From Candidatus Micrarchaeia archaeon (GTDB taxonomy: Archaea > Micrarchaeota > Micrarchaeia > Micrarchaeales > CABMGC01): a stretch of DNA of 64,000 nucleotides. Where the stretch lies: NCBI GenBank assembly GCA_049966395.1, contig JBMFUT010000001.1:1-64000 (forward strand), in the 5' to 3' direction. Numbering within the stretch: the first letter of the stretch is position 1; each line of letters starts with the position of its first letter. Shown one piece after another: positions 1 through 9,201 of the stretch. Below the pieces are notes generated by a model. The model did not search any database and was not told the DNA's origin. It saw only the letters and a list, made by a program, of their open reading frames with translations. Made by a program: the position numbers and the translations under genes.

Positions 1-73
1 GGTTCTTGGCTTCAAAGCAAGCTACAGCCTTGACGACGGAATAAGTGAGCTTCAAAAATACTATGGTGTATAA
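1..73 (+). CDS. 3' end of probable NAD-dependent epimerase/dehydratase (partial)
   Basis: Frame from base 2 reads VLGFKASYSLDDGISELQKYYGV*, resembling the C-terminal LGF/W-x-P/A-x-x-x-L-x-x-G-I motif of extended SDR sugar epimerases. Confidence 0.6.
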   Translation, partial: VLGFKASYSLDDGISELQKYYGV

Positions 74-184
74 TCATTCAAAGATGCGCTCATTTTTTAG
101 CTCTACTATGTTCTCAGCAAGCTTCCTAATACCTGTCTTTATGGGAGCGACTACAGATGCCCGCTGTTTAAAATTAGTGATGCA

Positions 185-628
185 ATGAATATGCTGGCGG
201 TTCTTGCTGTTGCTGCTGCGGTGCTGATATTTGCCGTAGCGCTCTATGCTGAATATGGCAACTCGCTTTCTGGATTTCCAATAGGAAGCATCGCGATAGC
301 AAACAAAGGCTGGAATGTGTATGTTGCCTCTACGCTGGCGCAGCAGGAAGAGGGCTATATGCACCAGTACAGCATCGGCAACTGCAATGGCAAAGGAAAC
401 TGCCTGGGAATGCTGTTCCTGATGAATGGCACGCAATACGTGTGCATGTGGATGCACAATACCCCTATGCAGCTTTACCAATACTGGATCGAAAACGGCA
501 GCATCGCCTATTCTTATAACGGCATTCCATTTAGCAACAGGATAGTTTGCCATTACGGCAATGCTGTGCTTGAAACCCAGAAATTATTTCCAATAGGAAC
601 AAGCGCTGAAATCGAAAATGCTACCTAG
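185..628 (+). CDS. hypothetical exported/membrane-anchored protein
   Basis: 147 aa ORF, hydrophobic N-terminal segment, GTGA SD-like motif upstream, several Cys; LFLMN..YVCMWMHNT..L pattern loosely recalls DUF192. Confidence 0.55.
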   Translation: MNMLAVLAVAAAVLIFAVALYAEYGNSLSGFPIGSIAIANKGWNVYVASTLAQQEEGYMHQYSIGNCNGKGNCLGMLFLMNGTQYVCMWMHNTPMQLYQYWIENGSIAYSYNGIPFSNRIVCHYGNAVLETQKLFPIGTSAEIENAT

Positions 629-1157
629 AAAAAACCAGGCAGTAATGCTGCGGCTCGACATCGGTTGACTTGACAAGCTTGAAGCCGCTGAATTGCCTCA
701 GATAGTCCTCCTCTGACATCTTTATGTTCTGGGGCGGTCCGAAATTCGAGTCCTTCTTCCAGTCTATAATAATGACGCTGCCTCCAGGCTTCAGTATCCT
801 TGATACTTCCGCCACTACTGCAGTCTTGTCTTCCATGTCGTGGAAGGAGTTTGCGAAGAAAGCAATGTCTACTGATCCAGAAGGTATGCTTGTCTTCTCG
901 GCGGACTCGTTGAGGAAAACCACGTTCTTTCCTTCAAGCTCCTTTCTCGCAATGCCGATCGCTTCGCTGCTGATCTCGACGCAGTACACCTTGTCGGCAT
1001 AGTTGGAAAGGTACTTCGAGTAGAACCCTGAGCCGCAGCCGATGTCAGCTATTGACGATACGTGATGCGTTATCAGCGATGAGAGCAGAGGCGTCGGGTT
1101 CTCCCTGTGCATGTTGAAGTGCCTTGCAGTCATGGCTCCGTGAAATTCTGGCACCAA
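621..1157 (-). CDS. class I SAM-dependent methyltransferase
   Basis: Motif I IADIGCGSG, VDIAFFANSFH, RILKPGG. Confidence 0.9.
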   Translation of the reverse strand: MVPEFHGAMTARHFNMHRENPTPLLSSLITHHVSSIADIGCGSGFYSKYLSNYADKVYCVEISSEAIGIARKELEGKNVVFLNESAEKTSIPSGSVDIAFFANSFHDMEDKTAVVAEVSRILKPGGSVIIIDWKKDSNFGPPQNIKMSEEDYLRQFSGFKLVKSTDVEPQHYCLVFSR

Positions 1158-1161
1158 AGAA

Positions 1162-3144
1162 TCACAGCAGCGCGAAAGTCATGAACACAGGAGCCAGCAG
1201 TATTGAGAGCGTGCTTATCACTTTTATCATTGAGTTGAGCGCCGGCCCTGCAGTGTCCTTCAGAGGGTCTCCAAGCGTGTCCCCTACTACAGCTGCCTTG
1301 TGGGTATCGCTTCCCTTGCCGCCGAAGTTTCCTGCTTCAACGTACTTCTTGGCGTTGTCCATCGCGGCTCCGCTATTTGCCATGAAGAGCGCAACAACGA
1401 AGCTTGCAGGTATCATGCCTACAAGAAGCCCTCCGAGCGCAGCCTTGCCAAGAATCAAACCTACTGCTATAGGAGTAACTATCGCTATGAGCTCAGGAAG
1501 CACTAGTGCCTTGAGAGCGTTGACTGTTGCTATGTCTACCGCCTTGGCGTAGTCCGGCTTGGCCTTGCCCTGCAGAAGGCCTTTTATTGTCTTGACCTGG
1601 CGCCGAACTTCCTCCACCATGAGGTTTGCGGCCCTTCCTACTGCTTCCATCAGGAATGAAGAGAAGAGGAAAGGAAGAAGCGCACCTATGAATATGCCGA
1701 CCGTGACGAAAGGATTCAAGGCGTCTATGACCTTAAGGCCTGTGGCGTTGGCAAAGGCGACGAAAAGTGCCGTCGCAGAGAGCGCCGCGCCGCCTATTGC
1801 AAAGCCTTTTGTCGTGGCTTTGGTGGTGTTGCCTATGGCATCAAGCTCGTCGGTTATCTTCCTGACGCGCTCTGGCAAGCCGCTCATCTCAGCTATGCCT
1901 CCTGCGTTGTCGGTTATGGGGCCGTATGAGTCTATAGTAAGAATCGTTGCTGTCAGCGAAAGCATGCCGGCCGCGGCAATTCCTATGCCGTAAAGCCCTG
2001 CTGCCATGTAGCTTATGAGTATTGCGACAGCGACTGAAACGACCGAAGGCCATGTGCTGCGCAGTCCAACTGCCAAGCCCATTATCACGTCAGTGCCTGC
2101 GCCGCCTGTGGCTGCGGTTGCAACCTTAATTACAGGGCGGCTCTTGTTGCCTGTAAAGTAGTCTGTTATCCAGAACAGCAGTATCGCCAATGCAAGTCCA
2201 GTTGCTACAGCAACGAAGTAGCCAACAGGAAGGCCCATGTGCAATGTTACCGCAAAGTCAAGCACCGCAGCTATTATTACAGATGAAAGAATGCCCTTGT
2301 ACAAAGCCCTTGTAGGGCTGCCGTCCTTGCCTATCCTCAGGAAAAGCATTGAGATAAGGCTGCTTATTATGCCCACGCCTGCAACGTAAAGAGGATATTT
2401 GAACTGCAGGATTGTGGCGCTGAGCCCAGCCGCTATGAGGAGCGCTGCAACAAGCGTAACAGCATAACTCTCGAATACGTCGGCTGCCATGCCTGCGCAA
2501 TCGCCGACATTATCGCCTACGTTGTCAGCTATGACTGCAGGGTTTCTAGGGTCGTCCTCTGGCAAGTTGAGCTCGGTCTTTCCCACCAGGTCTGCCCCTA
2601 CATCAGCGGCCTTGGTGTAGATTCCTCCGCCAACCCTCGCAAAAAGAGATATCAGAGAAGCACCGAAGCCGAAGCCTATGAGTATTGCGACCTTTGATAT
2701 TGTGAGGTACATTAGAAGCATGCTTATGCTTATGAGGCCGAAGCCCACAGCAGCGAATCCTGTGACAGCGCCGCCGATTATTGCCGTTGAGAAAGCCTCG
2801 TTTATGCCTTTCTCAGCGCTCTTTGCAGACCTTACGTTGGCCCTCACGGCGACATTCATGCCAAGGTACGCAGTAAGATAAGAGGCAATTGCCCCTACAG
2901 CGAAGGCCAGGTCTATTTCGAGGCCGTTCTTGATAAATGCGAATATTACCAGAAGCACGACTGCAAATATTGCTATTGTCTTGAGCTGCCTATTCAGGTA
3001 CGCTTCAGCTCCTTCCCTTATGGCTTTTGATATTGCTACCATCTTCTCGCTGCCCTCAGGCTTCCTGAGCGTTGTGTATGCGGCTGCAAACGAAGCCAAA
3101 AGAGCCAGTATCCCGGCGATTATAGTGTATATGTAAAATTCCAT
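1162..3144 (-). CDS. hppA: membrane-bound proton-translocating pyrophosphatase, K+-independent type
   Basis: GGGIYTKAADVGADLVGK, DNVGDNVGD, GDTLGDPLKDTAGP; GNTTKATTKG carries the Lys diagnostic of K+-independent enzymes. Confidence 0.97.
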   Translation of the reverse strand: MEFYIYTIIAGILALLASFAAAYTTLRKPEGSEKMVAISKAIREGAEAYLNRQLKTIAIFAVVLLVIFAFIKNGLEIDLAFAVGAIASYLTAYLGMNVAVRANVRSAKSAEKGINEAFSTAIIGGAVTGFAAVGFGLISISMLLMYLTISKVAILIGFGFGASLISLFARVGGGIYTKAADVGADLVGKTELNLPEDDPRNPAVIADNVGDNVGDCAGMAADVFESYAVTLVAALLIAAGLSATILQFKYPLYVAGVGIISSLISMLFLRIGKDGSPTRALYKGILSSVIIAAVLDFAVTLHMGLPVGYFVAVATGLALAILLFWITDYFTGNKSRPVIKVATAATGGAGTDVIMGLAVGLRSTWPSVVSVAVAILISYMAAGLYGIGIAAAGMLSLTATILTIDSYGPITDNAGGIAEMSGLPERVRKITDELDAIGNTTKATTKGFAIGGAALSATALFVAFANATGLKVIDALNPFVTVGIFIGALLPFLFSSFLMEAVGRAANLMVEEVRRQVKTIKGLLQGKAKPDYAKAVDIATVNALKALVLPELIAIVTPIAVGLILGKAALGGLLVGMIPASFVVALFMANSGAAMDNAKKYVEAGNFGGKGSDTHKAAVVGDTLGDPLKDTAGPALNSMIKVISTLSILLAPVFMTFALL

Positions 3145-3294
3145 TGTACCACACAGGATAGTTTTTATTTAAAAATTACCATTTATAAACTTTTTGTATA
3201 CAGGGGCTTTGGGCGTTTTTGCTGCTGCTCCGCCAACATTGGATTGCAGCAAGCGCGCAATTCTGCAAAGAGCGGAGCGCATTGTGCAATTAAC

Positions 3295-4761
3295 TTATGA
3301 AAGCATCTTGTTTATCTTCGGATACGCTTCGAGCGCCTTATCGTTCTCCAGCTGCTGATAGACCATGTACATTATGCCCACTGTAAGGAGAATGCCCATG
3401 CCTGTGCCCACTGCTCCGGTGAGGGTTGCGAGGGCGGCAAGGAGGCCTACGAAGACGCTGCCAAGCACGGTTATGGTAGAAATATATTTTGTGAGAAGGT
3501 TTTCGGTGATCCTTGGGTCGCGCCTGAAGCCTGGTATTTGCCATCCTATGTCCTGCAGCTGGTCTGCAATGTTCTTCGGGCTCTGCCCGGTCATCTCTAC
3601 CCAGAACTTTCCAAAAACTATGCAAAGAAGCACCAGTACAAGCGTGTATATCAGGACGTGCACCCACTCAGGCACCATTACTATTCCTCCCCAAGGGAGG
3701 TATAGCTGCGAGGCGTGAGTCGCGAGGTATACGAAATATGTGCTGTAGCCTCCTATGCCTCCGTATTGCGAAGCGTATGGCATCGGGAAACTAGGAGATA
3801 TCAGATAAACCAGCCCTCCCACGAGGTTGAGAGAGGATCCTGTTGCGGTCGGGGTAGCAGCATAAAGCGCTATGAACTTGGCCAGGTTTGCCATAGACCC
3901 GCCGACGTTGGCTATGAACCTGAACCACACTGTCAGGCTCATCTCGAATGAGGTCGCAAGTATGACTGGAAGCACGCTGACATACAGGAAAGGAATTGGC
4001 AGCCTTCCGCCGACTCCCCTGAACTGACTGAATGCGAGAGGAAGCTCCACTTTCATGTCGTAGGCGTAGATGCTTATTAGGAATACGAGTATGGCAAACA
4101 CCAATGGGCCGAAAGCCAGTATGGCATTAGGTATTGCAGACGCGCCTCCCGCGGCTATCGCGGAAGCAGCCTCTGGGAACAGTATGTTCACTGTGCCTCC
4201 TATGATGGCGTATGACACTCCCCCGGCTATGAAGAGGTTTATTCCGGAGGTTATGCCGAACTTTGTCATCATCTCGTCCATGTATATTATGATAATTGCT
4301 GCAAGCGCCAGCTGAAGCACCACTATGCCGAAGAAAGCCGGGCTTGAAAGAGGAACGTATCCAGTGGAAGTGAATATGTATGCTTCTACTACTGCAATAA
4401 TCATAGCAGAAAGCTTCTGAAGGCCTTGGAACCTGCCCTTCTGCTCGGGGTCGTTGAGATCAACATTTATTGCCTTAGAGCCTATGAGCAGCTGCAGTAT
4501 TATGCTTGCAAGAACTATAGGACCTATGCCTACAGTTATGAGGCTCCCTATCCTCGCTGCGAAGATTATGCTTATGAGCTGCATTATAGGCTGCTGCAGC
4601 GAGGCGGTGCTCACTCCGTATGCGGGTATGCTGAAGAGCAGGAAGTAGACGCTCATTATCACTGCAGTCCACTTCATCTTCTCCTTGAAGCTAAGCGGCA
4701 TATCAGGCTTCTTCACGCCAGGTATGAGCTTAAGCAGGGGATCTATCTTTTCCAAACCCAC
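3295..4761 (-). CDS. secY: preprotein translocase subunit SecY/Sec61-alpha
   Basis: GSLITVGIGPIV, SGINLFIAGG, QIPGFRRD, GTGMGILLTVGI; start chosen at GTG 4761 behind GGTG SD (ORF track 4770). Confidence 0.96.
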   Translation of the reverse strand: MGLEKIDPLLKLIPGVKKPDMPLSFKEKMKWTAVIMSVYFLLFSIPAYGVSTASLQQPIMQLISIIFAARIGSLITVGIGPIVLASIILQLLIGSKAINVDLNDPEQKGRFQGLQKLSAMIIAVVEAYIFTSTGYVPLSSPAFFGIVVLQLALAAIIIIYMDEMMTKFGITSGINLFIAGGVSYAIIGGTVNILFPEAASAIAAGGASAIPNAILAFGPLVFAILVFLISIYAYDMKVELPLAFSQFRGVGGRLPIPFLYVSVLPVILATSFEMSLTVWFRFIANVGGSMANLAKFIALYAATPTATGSSLNLVGGLVYLISPSFPMPYASQYGGIGGYSTYFVYLATHASQLYLPWGGIVMVPEWVHVLIYTLVLVLLCIVFGKFWVEMTGQSPKNIADQLQDIGWQIPGFRRDPRITENLLTKYISTITVLGSVFVGLLAALATLTGAVGTGMGILLTVGIMYMVYQQLENDKALEAYPKINKMLS

Positions 4762-4798
4762 AAGAAACACCGGATGCTAGTTAGTATTTGCCTGCAAC

Positions 4799-5884
4799 CT
4801 ATTTATTGCTTTTCCCTTTGCCTATGAGCATGCTCACGACATACCTGTTGTCGCGCGAGAGGCGCATTGAGAGCTTGGCGCTTGCATTGAACGCACCCTT
4901 CACGAAGCCCGCAAAGAGCGACGAGTATATTTTTACTATTGGTGCCATGGAGCTGATGGGGCTGTACACTATTTTTATTTCTGATGGCCTCTTGCCGCTC
5001 CTCAGCAGCTGCGCTTGCACTCCTATCGAAGAGGCAATTTTCCATATAGCGGCTTCGGCAGAAGAATTAGAAAGCGCGCCTATTCTTGCTATTTCCTTCC
5101 CCGCCATGTAGAATATTTTGGATATCTCGCCGGCGGCGCTGCCTGCCAGCGGCAGCATTGAGAGCACGCAATATGATTCGCTTGCGCTTTCCTGCCCGTT
5201 ATATATTGCTGAGGCTAGCGACGGCACCACCGATTCTGAGTCGTACTGGATAGGCTCCTCCTGGCCAACAGATGGCAAAGGCCTCGCGACAAACTGGCAG
5301 AAGGAATTGCCGTTGTAAACGCAGTGGGTTTCCTCAACATCTATAGGCATCCTGAGCGCAGACGATAAATACCCCGCTATCATTCCTGCTTCGTAAGCGT
5401 GTATCTTCTTTCCCATGTTCTGGGTCTTGCGCTGCGGCGTAGTTATTATCGCCCTGTCCTCAAATGGATAATACAACACTTTTCCCATTCCTGCCTTCTC
5501 GAGAAGCTCCAGCAAAGTGTCGGCGTCTTTTCCGCGCCTGTTGTAGATTATGCTGCCTGTCGAGAATCCTGACCTGTATGCCACGTTGCGCAGCTTTGGG
5601 GACGCGTTGTAAAGTATTTCCGGTATTATAGTCGCGCCACCGTTGACAATATTCTTGTCGTCTATTATTCTGGATGCGAGAATCTCCTCTATGTCGTTCA
5701 TTCCGCCGTAGGCAGGTTCCTCCGCAAAAGGCTTGTCACCTATATGGACGCTGCGCTTGCGCATGCCTTTCGGCATTGGCTTTGCTTTTCTTGCTTTAGG
5801 CTTCGCCGCGCTTGAATGTTTAAAACGAGCCTGCGATTTCCTGACATGCACATGATTCGCTCTGCCTTTCTGCCTGCCTGCCAT
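4799..5884 (-). CDS. V4R (4-vinyl reductase) domain protein with basic N-terminal tail
   Basis: HAYEAGMIAGYLS...VEETHCVYNGNSFCQF is a V4R signature; probable start ATG 5884. Confidence 0.8.
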   Translation of the reverse strand: MAGRQKGRANHVHVRKSQARFKHSSAAKPKARKAKPMPKGMRKRSVHIGDKPFAEEPAYGGMNDIEEILASRIIDDKNIVNGGATIIPEILYNASPKLRNVAYRSGFSTGSIIYNRRGKDADTLLELLEKAGMGKVLYYPFEDRAIITTPQRKTQNMGKKIHAYEAGMIAGYLSSALRMPIDVEETHCVYNGNSFCQFVARPLPSVGQEEPIQYDSESVVPSLASAIYNGQESASESYCVLSMLPLAGSAAGEISKIFYMAGKEIARIGALSNSSAEAAIWKIASSIGVQAQLLRSGKRPSEIKIVYSPISSMAPIVKIYSSLFAGFVKGAFNASAKLSMRLSRDNRYVVSMLIGKGKSNK

Positions 5885-5927
5885 CTGATCGCCAATAATA
5901 TAGGCATCAGATAAATACAAAAAGTTT

Positions 5928-6488
5928 TCACCGCTTTGCCTTGCCGCCCTCGGCCGCGGTGCCAGTGTCAAAGGTCATTTTTATCTTTGCGCGCTTCGGA
6001 TGGCGCATGCCTCCCGCGCTTCCAAGCGAATAGTACAATATGGCTAGGTTGAGCACGAAGAGCGCGGCAAGGAGGTATGCTTGGTATGCAGCTATGTAGG
6101 AGAGCATTGAGCTTACCTCAAGAGCGTTCAGTCCAAGCAGATATAGCATTGGCGCTATTATTGGCGATTCGCAGCCGCATGATATGAGGGCTGTGCCGGC
6201 AGCGCTTGCGAAAACGCTCCACCCTCCTGTAGCTACCGACCTGCTTACGTGCACAAGCTGCCTTATAGAATATATAGCCACTGCCAGAAGAACTGAGGAA
6301 GATATTATAAGGAGATAGACCATGAGCATCGGAGCCTGCACAAAAAGAATATGTTCAGTGCTTATGACAAACATGTAAAAGAAATAGTAGGCAATGGCAG
6401 CAATTGCTGTTGCTGCCCAGTAGAAGTATGAGCTGTATATTGTTTTTAGCACAGCCCACCTACCCAAATGAATGCTGCTATCTTCCAT
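5928..6488 (-). CDS. hypothetical integral membrane protein with CxC motif
   Basis: About four hydrophobic segments; SCGCESP within the third. Confidence 0.75.
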   Translation of the reverse strand: MEDSSIHLGRWAVLKTIYSSYFYWAATAIAAIAYYFFYMFVISTEHILFVQAPMLMVYLLIISSSVLLAVAIYSIRQLVHVSRSVATGGWSVFASAAGTALISCGCESPIIAPMLYLLGLNALEVSSMLSYIAAYQAYLLAALFVLNLAILYYSLGSAGGMRHPKRAKIKMTFDTGTAAEGGKAKR

Positions 6489-6492
6489 TGAT

Positions 6493-7599
6493 TCATGCGC
6501 CCTTCGCTTCTATCTGCTTTATTGCTGGCAGGGAGCAGACTGGGGCCGAGTTGTTTATGCTCTGGCACACCATGGCTACATAAAGGTCAGCCGCGGCGTA
6601 TTCAGACCAGCCGAACTGCGAGCTTGGATTTGAGAGCTGCTGTAAAATCTGATCATGGGTCATGTATGTCATCGGAAGGGATGACGCGCTTGTAGGCGTA
6701 GTGTTGCCAAGCACCACTGCGTCGGCTCCGCCCACGTTGTATTTGCCCCATATTGTGTAAGGGGTCCCCTGGAAATTGTTCAGCTGTATTATGTAGTTCA
6801 TCGCGTCAGAGTATACTTTGTTGCCGGCAGAGCTTATTTCTTGCTGCATTGTAGGGATTGGCTGAAGCGCAAAGCCTCCGGTTATTGGACCCGTATCTTC
6901 CAGCGCTATGAAATTTATGTACTTGCTATTGTAGAATGAACCCAAGTCGATCGTGCTTTGGTTGTAGTGCGCAGGCGCCCAGTATAGCGTTGGCAGGTCG
7001 GCATCGCCAAAGCTGCTGTATCCCTTGAAAAGCGCCGAGAAGTTGCCGAATCTCGAGAGCGCCATTGCCATCGCCCACCTGTTCTCGCTGCAGAACAGGC
7101 ATGTTATTGATCCAAGATAAATAACTGACGGCTTCCCATTGACCACGAACATTGGAACTGTAGTAGGGCTTGCGCCGACTTCGTCTGTAAGGGAACCGTT
7201 GAGGTACATCTCTCCCGCCTTCTCAAAATAGGAATTTGGCGCATTGTTTATTATTGCAAGTTCAGTGGCATTGAGCGGCTCGTTTATGTTTGTGAGCCTT
7301 GAGCCAAAAGGCTGCTGCGCGGTTATCACAGGATCTGAAGAAATGCTCATTGGCGGGGTTATCAGAGTGCCGTTTATGTTGTATCCAGAGAAGGTGGCGT
7401 TTGGAATTGTTGTTTGTACAGTTGTTGTTGCTGGCGCGACAGTTCTTGCGCCAAGAAGAGCATACATTGCCGCCACTACCGCTATTATGCCTATGAGCAA
7501 GGATGCGTATGTCACAATCTTCAGGGTCTTTACAGTAGACTCTAGGGTGTCTATTTCGTTGCCTTCTTTTTTAATCATTGCTTTTTCGTTCTCCATCAT
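6493..7599 (-). CDS. DUF929-family membrane-anchored thioredoxin-like protein
   Basis: One N-terminal TM helix, Thr-rich linker, YLGSITCLFCSENRWAMAMALSRFGNFS motif, GTP (cis-Pro-like); start refined to ATG 7599. Confidence 0.8.
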   Translation of the reverse strand: MMENEKAMIKKEGNEIDTLESTVKTLKIVTYASLLIGIIAVVAAMYALLGARTVAPATTTVQTTIPNATFSGYNINGTLITPPMSISSDPVITAQQPFGSRLTNINEPLNATELAIINNAPNSYFEKAGEMYLNGSLTDEVGASPTTVPMFVVNGKPSVIYLGSITCLFCSENRWAMAMALSRFGNFSALFKGYSSFGDADLPTLYWAPAHYNQSTIDLGSFYNSKYINFIALEDTGPITGGFALQPIPTMQQEISSAGNKVYSDAMNYIIQLNNFQGTPYTIWGKYNVGGADAVVLGNTTPTSASSLPMTYMTHDQILQQLSNPSSQFGWSEYAAADLYVAMVCQSINNSAPVCSLPAIKQIEAKGA

Positions 7600-7746
7600 T
7601 ACCACATAATGCAGCGGCGAAAGCAGTATTAATGCTGCTGGTCGCAATGCAAACAATATATAGTTTAAACACAATATATAAATAAATATAGTGGGGCGAT
7701 GCAGCAACAGTTGTATGAATCGCAAGAAGAGGTTTTGCTGGCGAAG

Positions 7747-8460
7747 ATGGCGGCAGATGCGCATCTGCACCTAGACTTGTTTGAAGATCCTGAAGCAACA
7801 GTCAGGGCAGCAAGGAATTCTGGAATAGGCATCCTTGTCTCTGCGGGAAGCGACTGGAAGAGCAACATAAGGAACGCGGAGCTTGCGCATGATGGCGTGT
7901 ACGCAGTGGTTGGCATAGATCCCGAGTTTGCGCTTGAAGATGAAATAGAAGTGCTGGAAAGGCTCGAGGGGCTTGTGAAGGGCAACAGTAACATTGTGGG
8001 GATAGGCGAGATAGGGCTTGATTACAAGAAGGCAGCGGATGCCGATCAGAAGGAAAGGCAGAAAAGGTTCTTCGAGAGGCAGTTGGAGATTGCGCAGGCT
8101 CTTGACTTGCCTGTCGTCATTCATGCGAGGAAGGCTCTTGGAGACGTCTTCGAAATACTCCCAAGCTACAAGACAAGGGCAATGTTTCACTACTTCGAAG
8201 GAGGTAGGGAAGAGGCGCTTGCTGCGGAAAAGCTCGGCGCAATAATATCCGTGCCTCCAATAGAATCCAAAAAGAGAATCGCGGCGGTAAGGGCCGTAGG
8301 CATAGGAAGCGTTGTTGCCGAAACAGATGCTCCGGTAGCAGGCAAGACGCCGACTGACGTGCTCAAGTCAATAGCGATGATTGCTGCCGCGACAGGAGTC
8401 ACTTACGAAGAGGCGGTCGCAATTACTACGGAGAACCTGATGCGCTTCTTCCGCATATGA
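7747..8460 (+). CDS. tatD: TatD family hydrolase/DNase
   Basis: DAHLHLD, GIGEIGLDY, LPVVIHAR, ETDAP; probable start ATG 7747. Confidence 0.92.
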   Translation: MAADAHLHLDLFEDPEATVRAARNSGIGILVSAGSDWKSNIRNAELAHDGVYAVVGIDPEFALEDEIEVLERLEGLVKGNSNIVGIGEIGLDYKKAADADQKERQKRFFERQLEIAQALDLPVVIHARKALGDVFEILPSYKTRAMFHYFEGGREEALAAEKLGAIISVPPIESKKRIAAVRAVGIGSVVAETDAPVAGKTPTDVLKSIAMIAAATGVTYEEAVAITTENLMRFFRI

Positions 8461-8766
8461 GAGGCTTGCAATGAAAAGCTCGTTTTGTTAGATATGTCAA
8501 AGATCCATTGACGATCTCGAAATACATTGCAAATTCCGCTGCAAACTGCGATGATAGATGGGCATGTCACTTCTGTAGCGACATGTGCGTAGGAGGCGAA
8601 AGCGTATGCGAAGGGGTTAAATACTTTTCAATATAATATCCTTATACCGTTGGGCAGACGGAAAATTGTGCTCGTCTAGGTTCATGCGGCGATGCGCGGC
8701 GGGAACACGGGCGAGGAGCCAGGTGCCATGAAAACATGCCGCCTGCGCGGCATGAATGAAGAACAA

Positions 8767-8854
8767 GGGCCCGTAGCTCAGCTTGGACAGAGCAGCAGCC
8801 TTCTAAGCTGACGGTCGCGGGTTCAAAAATATTTTGAAAATCCCGCCGGGCCCG
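8767..8854 (+). tRNA. tRNA-Arg(TCT) with 13-nt intron in the T-loop (59/60), intron 8828-8840
   Basis: Acceptor GGGCCCG/CGGGCCC, anticodon loop CTTCTAA, T-stem GCGGG/CCCGC enclosing 20 nt instead of 7; removal of 8828-8840 restores TTCAAAT. Confidence 0.93.
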
Positions 8855-8869
8855 CTATTAGGTGATCAT

Positions 8870-9136
8870 ATGGCTGAGAACAAAAATTTCGAGGAAACTA
8901 TTGCTCAGGTGAAGCAGCAGATAGAGACTCTGCTAAATGACAGCAGCGTGCCAAGGAATGTGAAGAATGCGCTTGGAGAGGCAAAGACGGCGCTTGACGG
9001 CAGCGAAAGCTATGCTTCTAGGGCGTCTAATGCGACATACAAGATAGACGAAGTGAGCAATGACATAAACCTTCCCCCTTATGCAAGAACAGTCATATGG
9101 AACATACTTAGCATGTTGGAATCAATAAAGGACTGA
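8870..9136 (+). CDS. UPF0147 family protein
   Basis: DSSVPRNVK...RAS.A...DEVSNDINLPPYARTVIWNILSMLE; GGTGA SD before ATG 8870. Confidence 0.9.
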   Translation: MAENKNFEETIAQVKQQIETLLNDSSVPRNVKNALGEAKTALDGSESYASRASNATYKIDEVSNDINLPPYARTVIWNILSMLESIKD

Positions 9137-9201
9137 AAGAAACTTCTTTTGCGGTTACGCTTTTATTTTTGCTAGAGTATAGCATTACTGCGGTAGGGGG
9201 C

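Noticed and set aside
74..553. Minus-strand 159-aa ORF and the many other antisense/overlapping ORFs in the track (e.g. 22063-23028, 51501-52271, 42626-43318)
   Set aside because: They shadow better-supported genes on the opposite strand and have no recognisable motifs
8648..8766. Assignment as SRP RNA, 5S rRNA, RNase P RNA or fluoride riboswitch
   Set aside because: Lacks the SRP helix-8 motif, the RNase P GAGGAA..UCC region, the 5S loop motifs, and the TCGCC partner of GGCGATG
8834..8869. ORF-track TTG start for the UPF0147 gene
   Set aside because: Lies inside tRNA-Arg; the SD supports ATG 8870
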